16,350 nucleotides of DNA from Promethearchaeota archaeon (lineage in GTDB: Archaea > Asgardarchaeota > Lokiarchaeia > Sigyniarchaeales > SOKP01): NCBI GenBank assembly GCA_048939995.1, contig JBHLOY010000031.1, positions 1 through 16,350 on the forward strand, written 5' to 3'. A model generated the notes under the pieces. That model saw nothing but the letters and a program-made list of their open reading frames with translations. It did no database searches and was not told the origin of the DNA. Each line of letters opens with the position of its first letter. The first letter of the stretch is position 1. The translations under genes were made by a program, and so were the position numbers. This document shows, in pieces, positions 1-8,117 of this stretch.

Positions 1-1205
1 CATAATGCTTCGACATCTGCTCCCACAAATCCATGAGTCCTTTCTGCTATAAATTTTAAATCAATATCCTTATTTAATGGCATCCCACGAGTGTGTATCA
101 TTAATATTTCATGTCTTCCATCAGTGTCTGGTACTCCTAATTCAATCTCACGATCAAATCGACCAGGTCTCCTTAATGCAGGATCAATATCATTCACTCT
201 ATTAGTCGCTCCTATAACGATTATTTCTCCTCTTCTCTCCAAACCATCTAATAAAGATAATAATTGAGCTACTACTCTCCTTTCTACTTCTCCGGTTACT
301 TCGCCGCGCTTTGGAGCAATTGAGTCTAATTCATCAATAAAGATAATAGCAGGTGCCATCTCCTTAGCTTCTTCAAACTTCTTCCTTAAATTTTCCTCAC
401 TTTGACCATAAAACTTGCTCATAATTTCTGGTCCACTAATGGTTATAAAATGAGCATCGGTCTCATATGCTACAGCTCTAGCTAATAAAGTTTTTCCAGT
501 ACCTGGTGGTCCATGTAATAGAACTCCTTTTGGGGGTTCTATACCTATTCGTTTAAATAACTCTGGATGTCTTATGGGTAATTCGATCATTTCTCGAATT
601 CTTTGAATTTCATCCTCCAAGCCCCCGATATCTTCGTATGTAACCCTCGCTCTTTCTAATTCTTCTAATTCTTTATGACTTTTCGGTGATAAAATAATCT
701 TGGTCTTAACATTTATTATAACCGCATCTGCTTTAGGGGAATAATCAATAACGACTAAATTTACTCTTCCCCCCATAGCATAGAAACTTAAAATGTCACC
801 CTTAGTAATTACCCGATTCTCAAGTTTTTCTGCTAATTGTTGTGTATTACGTAAAATAATCGCCTCTTCCAAACCCGCAAAGGTGACTCGTTCAGCTACA
901 CTTGCTTCAATTTTAGCAATTCTTACAATATCATCAATAGAAGTATTCAAATTTCTTCTAATGGAAGAATCAATCCTAATCACATCAGTACCTTTGTCTT
1001 CTTTATTCTCACTCCAAAATATAGCAGCTGTACGTTTATCTGTTGAAGGATGGACAATTTCAATTATATCGCCTGGATGGATATCCAATTCTTTTACAAT
1101 ATCAGAATCTATCCTTATGAATCCCTTCCCAACATCTTGTTTTAATGCATCTTTTACTCTAACTTCCCTAAACGGTCTCTTATCCTCACCTGTTAAACTA
1201 CTCAT
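1..1205 (-). CDS. cdc48: CDC48/VCP (p97) family AAA+ ATPase, N domain plus D1 domain; 3' part lies outside the window
   Basis: Manual translation from ATG at 1205 gives [33 protein letters not shown]..., then [46 protein letters not shown] (Walker A), IIFIDELD (Walker B), GATNR (sensor 1) and [13 protein letters not shown] (Arg finger). The frame is open to the window edge (401 codons). SD GAGGT at 1214-1218. Confidence 0.97.
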   Translation of the reverse strand, partial: MSSLTGEDKRPFREVRVKDALKQDVGKGFIRIDSDIVKELDIHPGDIIEIVHPSTDKRTAAIFWSENKEDKGTDVIRIDSSIRRNLNTSIDDIVRIAKIEASVAERVTFAGLEEAIILRNTQQLAEKLENRVITKGDILSFYAMGGRVNLVVIDYSPKADAVIINVKTKIILSPKSHKELEELERARVTYEDIGGLEDEIQRIREMIELPIRHPELFKRIGIEPPKGVLLHGPPGTGKTLLARAVAYETDAHFITISGPEIMSKFYGQSEENLRKKFEEAKEMAPAIIFIDELDSIAPKRGEVTGEVERRVVAQLLSLLDGLERRGEIIVIGATNRVNDIDPALRRPGRFDREIELGVPDTDGRHEILMIHTRGMPLNKDIDLKFIAERTHGFVGADVEAL

Positions 1206-1210
1206 AGTTT

Positions 1211-1828
1211 TTAACCTCTTTCGGAATCCAGTTTATTTAATTTTAAAGTAATTATACCATTTTTCATTGCTAACTTATAATTTTCCAATGTACATTTTAA
1301 AGGCAATTTAATGTTTTTAAGGAATCTACGAAATTCACTTTCAGCGTTAATGTTCAGACTTTTTCCATCTTCGCTAAGACTTAATAGAAAGTGCCCTTTT
1401 TCCACTCCTGGCGCCTCTATAATTATTTTGAAATGATCGGGACATTCAATTAACTCTGAAAAAGGTTCAATCGAAGAAAGATCATCAGCACTTTTAGCTG
1501 AATCTAATCTTAGTTCTTTTACATCAATTTGCTTTTTTTTAATTTGATTAGTTAGATGTTTAAAATTTGGATATTTTGAATAATTTATTCTTTTTAAATA
1601 ATCTTGAAGTTTTCTTTCATCAAAATCCCCTTCAATCCTTACTTCAGGTTTATCCATTCCTGCCTCAAAATGATATGTAACCTTAAAACCGGTACTATTT
1701 TTATTTTTAGGATCTGAAGTTGGTTCCGGTAGAAATAAAAAATCGACATCAAACATATCCGAATTTATCCCTAAATATTTCTTAATCATCTTAAAAAAAT
1801 CATCATATTCATCATCATCATTGGTCAT
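1211..1828 (-). CDS. hsp20: Archaeal Hsp20/alpha-crystallin family small heat shock protein
   Basis: C-terminal alpha-crystallin pattern EPFSEL...[10 protein letters not shown]...LNINAE...KNIKLP...KNGIITLKL. It ends 5 bp before cdc48, matching the known archaeal hsp20-cdc48 pair. SD GGTGA at 1833-1837. Confidence 0.85.
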   Translation of the reverse strand: MTNDDDEYDDFFKMIKKYLGINSDMFDVDFLFLPEPTSDPKNKNSTGFKVTYHFEAGMDKPEVRIEGDFDERKLQDYLKRINYSKYPNFKHLTNQIKKKQIDVKELRLDSAKSADDLSSIEPFSELIECPDHFKIIIEAPGVEKGHFLLSLSEDGKSLNINAESEFRRFLKNIKLPLKCTLENYKLAMKNGIITLKLNKLDSERG

Positions 1829-1832
1829 AAAA

Positions 1833-1837
1833 TCACC
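1833..1837 (-). promoter_or_regulatory. Shine-Dalgarno site (GGTGA) of hsp20
   Basis: Minus strand reads GTGGTGATTTTATG, an archaeal-type SD 4 nt before the ATG. Confidence 0.6.
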
Positions 1838-2000
1838 ACATTTTATGTCAATATCTGATTTACAAATGTTGCTTTACATTAATTAATGTTTCGGTTTTAA
1901 AAAATAATGGCTCTAGCTTTAAAAATAATAAAAAAAATAACTGATCTAAGTATTCTTAATTAAATAATCTTATAAGTAACAATATAAGAAGGGAATATTT

Positions 2001-3428
2001 GTGAGCAAAGAAAATATTTTCTTTATCCCAGCTTATAAGTTGGTTGATACAATAAAAAGTCAAATTATTACAGCAGAAGAGATAACAGAAAGATTTATCG
2101 AGAGAATAGAGAAATTAAATCCTATTTTAAATGCTTATTGCACTTTAAGCTTTGATTTAGCAAGGCGAAAAGCAAAGGATATTGATAAAAAGATAAAGAA
2201 TAATGAAGATTTAGGGCTTCTAGCAGGTATCCCAACAGCATTAAAAGATGATATTGAAGTCAAGAATATCCGAACCACCTTTGGGAGCATGATTTTTGAA
2301 AATTACTTCCCTAAGGAAGATGAGGCAGTCGTAAAAAGACTTAAAGATGCGGGAGTTATAATTCTTGGAAAAACTAATATGCCGGAACAAGGATTCAAAG
2401 GTGTTACTGACAATTTATTATTTGGAGCCACAAAAAATCCTTGGAATTTGGAAAAAACGCCAGGAGGCTCGAGCGGAGGTTCAGCAGCAGCAATAGCGGC
2501 TGGAATAGCTACATTAGCCATTGGTTCCGATGGAGGGGGATCTATAAGGATTCCTAGCAGTTTTTGTGGAATTTATGGTTTCAAACCTAGTTTTGGACGA
2601 ATCCCTCAAGATACTTTAAGATTTTTTGGAAACTCAGGGAGTTTAGTACATATTGGGCCAATTGTAAGGTATGTAAAAGATGCCGCTTTGATGATGGATG
2701 TAATATGTGGAGAAGATGATTCTGATAGATATTCATTGCCTAAAGCAAGTTTTAGTTATAATGAAAAAATTAACATGATACCTAAAAAATTAAAAATTGG
2801 ATATTCTCTTGATCTGGGTTTTGCTAAAGTAATTGACCATGAAGTTAAAGAAAAAGTTATAGAAGGAATTCAAAGGTTTGAAGATTTGGGTTCTCAAACC
2901 GAATTAGCTGATATTAAGCTGAATAAAGCTGATGAGACGATGTGGGTTCTTTGGAACGTAGGATATGCATATGCGTTAAAATCTTATCTAAAAGAATTTA
3001 AAGATAAGATTGACCCTGAATTGTTACGTACCATTGAAATTGGTTCAACTTATACTGTTACAGATGTTAAGGCAGCAGAATTGCAAAGAGAAAGAATATA
3101 TGAAGCAATTTGTAAAGCATTGAATAAATTAGATTTATTAATTACTCCAACCACAGCTTGCCTTCCTTTTGGTTTGATGAGGTCTGCACCTGAAAAAATT
3201 GATGATAAAGAAATTTCTCCTCTGGATTGGATACCTTTTACATATCCTTTTAATATGAGTGGACATCCTGTAGCTTCAATCCCCGTTGGATGGTCAAAAG
3301 ATGGCTTACCAATCGGAATGCAAATTATTGGAAAGAGGTTAAATGATTTAATTGTGCTTCAAGCTTCGAAGGCCTATGAAGAAATCTTTCCATGGCAGAG
3401 CAAGGTTCCTACTTTTGGAAATAACTAA
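2001..3428 (+). CDS. Amidase-signature family amidase (GatA/FAAH-like fold, substrate unknown)
   Basis: GIPTALKD (catalytic Lys), ILGKTNMPE, NPWNLEKTPGGSSGGSAAA, GSDGGGSIRIPSSFCG (Ser-cisSer-Lys triad), C-terminal FTYPFNMSGHP and DGLPIGMQIIG. GTG start. No gatB/gatC nearby. Confidence 0.93.
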   Translation: MSKENIFFIPAYKLVDTIKSQIITAEEITERFIERIEKLNPILNAYCTLSFDLARRKAKDIDKKIKNNEDLGLLAGIPTALKDDIEVKNIRTTFGSMIFENYFPKEDEAVVKRLKDAGVIILGKTNMPEQGFKGVTDNLLFGATKNPWNLEKTPGGSSGGSAAAIAAGIATLAIGSDGGGSIRIPSSFCGIYGFKPSFGRIPQDTLRFFGNSGSLVHIGPIVRYVKDAALMMDVICGEDDSDRYSLPKASFSYNEKINMIPKKLKIGYSLDLGFAKVIDHEVKEKVIEGIQRFEDLGSQTELADIKLNKADETMWVLWNVGYAYALKSYLKEFKDKIDPELLRTIEIGSTYTVTDVKAAELQRERIYEAICKALNKLDLLITPTTACLPFGLMRSAPEKIDDKEISPLDWIPFTYPFNMSGHPVASIPVGWSKDGLPIGMQIIGKRLNDLIVLQASKAYEEIFPWQSKVPTFGNN

Positions 3429-4496
3429 TTAAGAACTAATTTCTCGTTTAGTATTTTCAATAACCTTTTTGGTGCGCCTTAATAATTCAAAAGCGACTTC
3501 TTGAAAACGCCAACCACCTAATCCACAATCGGGTCCAATAAATTTTAACCGATCTCCATAGTGTGATATAGCATCTAAAAGATTCCTTCTAATCGTTTCT
3601 TCTGAATCAATTAGACTCATCGTGCCTTTTTGAGTATTTAAATCTTCCCATTTGGTACCATTGTCAATCTTTTCAGCGATTATGTTATCTATATTTGTTC
3701 TTGTTATACCAACTCGAATAAATTTATCATATTGTTCTAGAAGTTTTTTTGAGATTTTATTAGATCTATTTGATGCGTATTCACAGGTTATAACATCAAA
3801 ATTTTTTGTTTTAAGTGGAATATCTGCCCTATTAAGGGTGTGAATATGCATTTGCGTAGTATTTTTTTTTGTTTTAATCCCTTCTAAAGATCTATCATAT
3901 ATTTTAATTAAATCATCTTCTGTAATATTGACAATATCAACATAACCAAAGGAAGGCTCATCAATTGAAATAATAGAGGTATGAAGGTATTTGTTGTACC
4001 TCACAGAGTTTTTAAGAAAGAAATTTATAGATTTTGCAAAGTTTAATACTATATCAGGATAAATTGAAAATTTGAATTGTTTTATGTATAGATCAATTGG
4101 TCCTGTTATACATAATTTAATTTTTAGACTTTTTCCAGTTTCTTCATAAAACTTTTTGGCATAATTTTCAATAATAAAAGCTTCAGGAATTAAAGCTTTT
4201 TTTTCATCAATTAAGTTTGGCTTTATTTCAAAATCGGATATAGGTTGTAAGAATTGGGTATACATGTTCATATGTTGAGGGTAATTAATAATCTCAACCC
4301 CAGCATTTAACTTTAATTCAAATGATTTAAGCATAGGCTTTATAAAATAAATTTGGATCCCCTTATTTGAGTAAATTTCGCTTTTTTTAACAAGGGCTTT
4401 ATATCCAATCCAGTAAAATTTCTGAAAAATTTCCTTATCAATGTTCTCTGGTAAGGGGAAACTTCCAACATCATCAAATAAGGGAAATTGGGACAT
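3429..4496 (-). CDS. Core (single-barrel, folate-independent) methionine synthase, MesC-like member of the MetE catalytic-domain family
   Basis: N-terminal DDVGSFPLP, CITGPID, ISIDEPS, and zinc-site pattern HIH ... E(YAS) ... GPDCGL. At 355 aa it lacks the N-terminal folate-binding barrel of full-length MetE. The MesC subfamily call is from recalled family features. Confidence 0.8.
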   Translation of the reverse strand: MSQFPLFDDVGSFPLPENIDKEIFQKFYWIGYKALVKKSEIYSNKGIQIYFIKPMLKSFELKLNAGVEIINYPQHMNMYTQFLQPISDFEIKPNLIDEKKALIPEAFIIENYAKKFYEETGKSLKIKLCITGPIDLYIKQFKFSIYPDIVLNFAKSINFFLKNSVRYNKYLHTSIISIDEPSFGYVDIVNITEDDLIKIYDRSLEGIKTKKNTTQMHIHTLNRADIPLKTKNFDVITCEYASNRSNKISKKLLEQYDKFIRVGITRTNIDNIIAEKIDNGTKWEDLNTQKGTMSLIDSEETIRRNLLDAISHYGDRLKFIGPDCGLGGWRFQEVAFELLRRTKKVIENTKREISS

Positions 4497-4538
4497 TTAT
4501 ACTTCGTCTTATGATTCTAGGATAAATATGATTTAAAA

Positions 4539-6452
4539 TTAGTAGTATGTTGTGATTAAATAATCTAATTCTTTTTCATCTAAATCGAATAACTCGAATA
4601 AGAGAAGATCGATAAATTTTTGAATTTGTTTAATATTTTTATGTTCAATAAAATCTAAAACCTTCCTATATTTTTTACGCCTTAGTAATTCTAACTGTTG
4701 AATTTTTTGTTTGAATTTATTTAACTTTAATTGGTTTAAAACATTGAATTCGGTTAAATATTCTGTTAAAGTGGAAATGAGGGATATTAATGACTTTTGG
4801 TTATAAGACTGAAATAAATCTAAATTTGGAACTAATAATTCATCTTCTAATTTAGTTTTACTTCTTTTAATAGAGATGTTTTTAGCCTTGAATAAAAAAC
4901 GTACAAGTTTCGAATTTAAGTAAGCTAATATAAACAAATAATCAATTTCATTCTTTTTTGGCCACATGAAATAAGTATCAGATGTGGCGTAATATTGTTT
5001 ATTAGAATATCCAAAGGTATTTGTTTTCGAAATGAATTTAAAAAAGATCTTATCACCTTTATCATATAAAGGTTCGAGATCCATTAATTTTTGATTCTTA
5101 GAACCCTCAGGAATCACTATAAAATGACCTCTTCTTGGAAAAAATATATCCTTAGGATTTTCTTTCGCGTTAATTAAAATCTGGTTTAATTTCATTTCGT
5201 GAATTTTCAAATAATCTACTAGATGAGGATACTTCTCTCTATATAGTTCATTTATATCATCGCTGGGTTCAAACTCCGTTTTGTTAAAGAATATTAAATA
5301 ACCAACAAAATCACTTTTATCATAACCATAAGCTCTAATTGATTTACTTTTATAGAGTTTCTTTAATCTTTGTTTCTCTTCATCGGTTAATTTGAAATAA
5401 TGACCATTTATTTTAATCCAAAATTCTTTATTTACAACTTTTATATTTTGACCCGGTTTTAGGATGAATATATCATCTTTAATTAGGATTAGTCCATTTC
5501 TAATAATAAAAAAATCATTTATAACAGCTGTATGCTTGTTTATTCTGCAAAAAGAACTGATTTGATCAACAATTTGCTTTATTTCGACTGGATATAATAG
5601 ATTCCAGCTACCTTCTTTGCTTAGTGAATTATTTGTAAGAGCAGAAAGATATTTTTTAATATATGGACTATCTTGATTACAATTTATTTCATTAAGTGCT
5701 ATCTTGTTGAATTCATCATTAATCTCTCGTTTATTTCTCATTATCTGAATGATTTCGATGGATTTGTCGACTTTTTCTATTTTTTCTCTTTCATTTTTTT
5801 TCTGTAAGACAAAAATACAATTATGTTGGCCAGGAGCATCTTTAAATATTTTCAAACGCGATAAATCAATATATTGGAGAATATAACATTCATTTAGTAT
5901 GTGTGGCTTTAATAACTTTATACCCGTTTTCTTTGACTTAGTTATCCAATAGTTTGTAGTAATAAATGAAAGAATTCCTCCTGGATTTAATTTCAAAATT
6001 CCTAGATGTATAAAGAAGTAGAATAAATCCATATTCCCTACAAAAAATTTTTTGTTGTTAGGGAAATTGCTCACTAAATCTTGAAAAACTGGAGCATTGT
6101 AATTTTGACCTAAATAAGGAGGATTTCCAATAATAAGATCAAATCTTTCTTGTGGATCTGATCCTAAAAAATTCTCAAATCGTAAATTTATCTCGGGATA
6201 CTTTTTTAGGAGTTTAATATCTAATTGCCTATCAATTTCATATGCAGTTATTTTTTTAAAGCGATTTTGAAGAAGAAACTTTAAAAAAACCCCCTTTCCA
6301 GCGCAAGGTTCTAAGACTTTCATATGGTCTTTCTTTATTGAATAAGGGAGAAACTTTCGAACATTTTTGACCATGAATTCTGCTATATATTCGGGTGTAA
6401 AAATTTGTCCAATAGAACTATTTCTCAGTTTATATTTACTATTTAAAACCAT
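4539..6452 (-). CDS. N6-adenine DNA methyltransferase (gamma class, TaqI/Eco57I-like) with C-terminal target-recognition domain; no nuclease domain apparent
   Basis: GQIFTP (motif X), VLEPCAGKG (motif I, SAM binding), AYEID, FDLIIGNPPY (motif IV), DLFYFFI, LNPGGILSFIT, TaqI_C-like YLFILAYLNSKL and terminal IDLLLFELFDL helix. Confidence 0.9.
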   Translation of the reverse strand: MVLNSKYKLRNSSIGQIFTPEYIAEFMVKNVRKFLPYSIKKDHMKVLEPCAGKGVFLKFLLQNRFKKITAYEIDRQLDIKLLKKYPEINLRFENFLGSDPQERFDLIIGNPPYLGQNYNAPVFQDLVSNFPNNKKFFVGNMDLFYFFIHLGILKLNPGGILSFITTNYWITKSKKTGIKLLKPHILNECYILQYIDLSRLKIFKDAPGQHNCIFVLQKKNEREKIEKVDKSIEIIQIMRNKREINDEFNKIALNEINCNQDSPYIKKYLSALTNNSLSKEGSWNLLYPVEIKQIVDQISSFCRINKHTAVINDFFIIRNGLILIKDDIFILKPGQNIKVVNKEFWIKINGHYFKLTDEEKQRLKKLYKSKSIRAYGYDKSDFVGYLIFFNKTEFEPSDDINELYREKYPHLVDYLKIHEMKLNQILINAKENPKDIFFPRRGHFIVIPEGSKNQKLMDLEPLYDKGDKIFFKFISKTNTFGYSNKQYYATSDTYFMWPKKNEIDYLFILAYLNSKLVRFLFKAKNISIKRSKTKLEDELLVPNLDLFQSYNQKSLISLISTLTEYLTEFNVLNQLKLNKFKQKIQQLELLRRKKYRKVLDFIEHKNIKQIQKFIDLLLFELFDLDEKELDYLITTYY

Positions 6453-6513
6453 CTAACATAATATTAGTTAAAAATATCTAAAAATTTGATGATGCAAATT
6501 AAAAAATAAAGAA

Positions 6514-8046
6514 TTAATTTTCATGATCGTGGTCATGGTGATGATGATCCATTTTAATGTTGACTGGTCTGAGCGAGCCTATTGCCCAACCAGTCACTTC
6601 ATTTAAAGATGGATGAATTACCATAGATTTATAAATTGGCATAAAAGATCCGCTTTCTGGGCATGCTCTAGCTAATTTTGGCAGGTCGGATTTTTCAGAG
6701 AATTCAGGTGAAGGACAAGTAAACCCTGCATTCATTAAATAAACAAATGGTTGAACTAAGATGGCTGCATGAGGGCCAACTACATGTGCTCCCAGAATTC
6801 TATAGTATTTATCTACTATTAATTTAACAAACCCATCATCATAATCATTTTGATTAAAACCCATCGCAAAACCTTTTGCTACAGTAGAATAATTCTTTAA
6901 TGCTACAAAAATTTCATGCCCATTTTCGATGGCTTCTGCTTCTGTCATTCCTACATGCCCTATTTGTGGATAAGAATAAATTGCCCATGGTACAGTAGTG
7001 TAGTCTACTGATTGTTTATCATCTGAGCGTCCAAACATATTATTTATGCATATTTCTGATTCGTAATTAGCTTTATGTCTAAATTGGAAAAATCCATTTG
7101 CATCACCTATACACCAAATATTAGACTTGGATGTTTCTAAATATTGATTAGTTTTTATCCAGCCTCCATTATCTGTTTCAACCCCCGTGTTTTGAACTTT
7201 TAAACGATCGGCATTCGACTGACGCCCTGTTGCAATTAAAATTTCTTCAGCATTTATTTCTAATTTCTCTCCTGTGTTAATATTTTCAGCTATAACTACT
7301 TTCGACTTTTTTTTTGATTTTACTTCAATAGCTTTGTAATTTACCAACACATTCATAATTTTCTTGAAATTTTGCTCCACGAATTTACTAATCTCTGGTT
7401 CTTCAGTTGCGATTAAACCTGGGAGCATTTCAATTATTGTAACATCTGTACCTACAGCAGAAAAGATATGAGCGAATTCTGCAGCTATTATACCTCCTCC
7501 AATGATAATCAAGCTCTGATATGGTTTTTTGGGGAACTTATCACCAAAGAATGATTCATTAGTGAGATACCCGACTTCATTCAATCCTTTAATGGGTGGA
7601 ATGAATGAGCGAGCTCCTGAGGCTATTACAAATTTTTCTCCTTTAAATCTCCCAAGAATTTTATTTTTGTCGATAGATTGTACCTCCATTTCGTAATCTC
7701 CTACGAATTGTGCAATTCCTTGGAATAATTTAAGATTTGGAACTTGAGATAATCCTTTCTCTATTTCTTTGCTCTCATCAATTTGGGACCACATTCGTCT
7801 TGAGATTAACTCCCAATTTATCCGTGTTACATTGAATTCTAATCCTACTTTTTCAGCATGTTGAGCTTCTCTAATTAAATCTGCTGGATAAACTAATACC
7901 TTCGATGGAATACATCCACGTGTTAAACATGTAGCACCTAATTTGGTGTCTTCAATAAGAGCACAGTTAAGCCCTAATTGAAGACCACTGTTTAAAACAT
8001 TAAGACCGGCTCCGCTCCCAATAACAACTAAATCGTATAATTCCAT
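6514..8046 (-). CDS. Pyridine nucleotide-disulfide oxidoreductase, class I (dihydrolipoamide dehydrogenase/mycothione reductase-like)
   Basis: YDLVVIGSGAG (FAD), GATCLTRGCIPSK (redox C-x4-C), IIGGGIIAAE (NAD(P) fold), ATGRQSN, IWCIGDAN, IHPSLNE (His-Glu dyad). Confidence 0.92.
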   Translation of the reverse strand: MELYDLVVIGSGAGLNVLNSGLQLGLNCALIEDTKLGATCLTRGCIPSKVLVYPADLIREAQHAEKVGLEFNVTRINWELISRRMWSQIDESKEIEKGLSQVPNLKLFQGIAQFVGDYEMEVQSIDKNKILGRFKGEKFVIASGARSFIPPIKGLNEVGYLTNESFFGDKFPKKPYQSLIIIGGGIIAAEFAHIFSAVGTDVTIIEMLPGLIATEEPEISKFVEQNFKKIMNVLVNYKAIEVKSKKKSKVVIAENINTGEKLEINAEEILIATGRQSNADRLKVQNTGVETDNGGWIKTNQYLETSKSNIWCIGDANGFFQFRHKANYESEICINNMFGRSDDKQSVDYTTVPWAIYSYPQIGHVGMTEAEAIENGHEIFVALKNYSTVAKGFAMGFNQNDYDDGFVKLIVDKYYRILGAHVVGPHAAILVQPFVYLMNAGFTCPSPEFSEKSDLPKLARACPESGSFMPIYKSMVIHPSLNEVTGWAIGSLRPVNIKMDHHHHDHDHEN

Positions 8047-8117
8047 AAATTCAATTTTTATTATATCACTTTTAAACTTTTTATTAATTTTTTAAAGGAA
8101 AAGAGGGAAATTAGTGG

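Noticed and set aside
793-1251. 152-aa plus-strand ORF
   Set aside because: Antisense shadow of the cdc48 N domain; Ser/Ile/Phe-rich composition typical of reverse-frame artefacts.
2303-2521. 72-aa minus ORF
   Set aside because: Antisense to the amidase signature region.
2001-3428. Amidase as GatA (Glu-tRNA amidotransferase subunit A)
   Set aside because: No gatB/gatC nearby; it has KTNMPE and SDGGGSIRIP rather than GatA-type KTNMDEF and SDTGGSIRQP, and lacks the SNL.R.DG motif.
3426-3431. Back-to-back stop codons (zero gap) between the amidase and methionine synthase genes
   Set aside because: Common for convergent genes in compact AT-rich genomes; no further signal.
3652-3843. 63-aa plus ORF
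   Set aside because: Antisense within the methionine synthase gene.
4539-6452. Restriction-modification or defence island
   Set aside because: No nuclease, integrase, transposase or other defence gene nearby; the flanks are metabolic genes.
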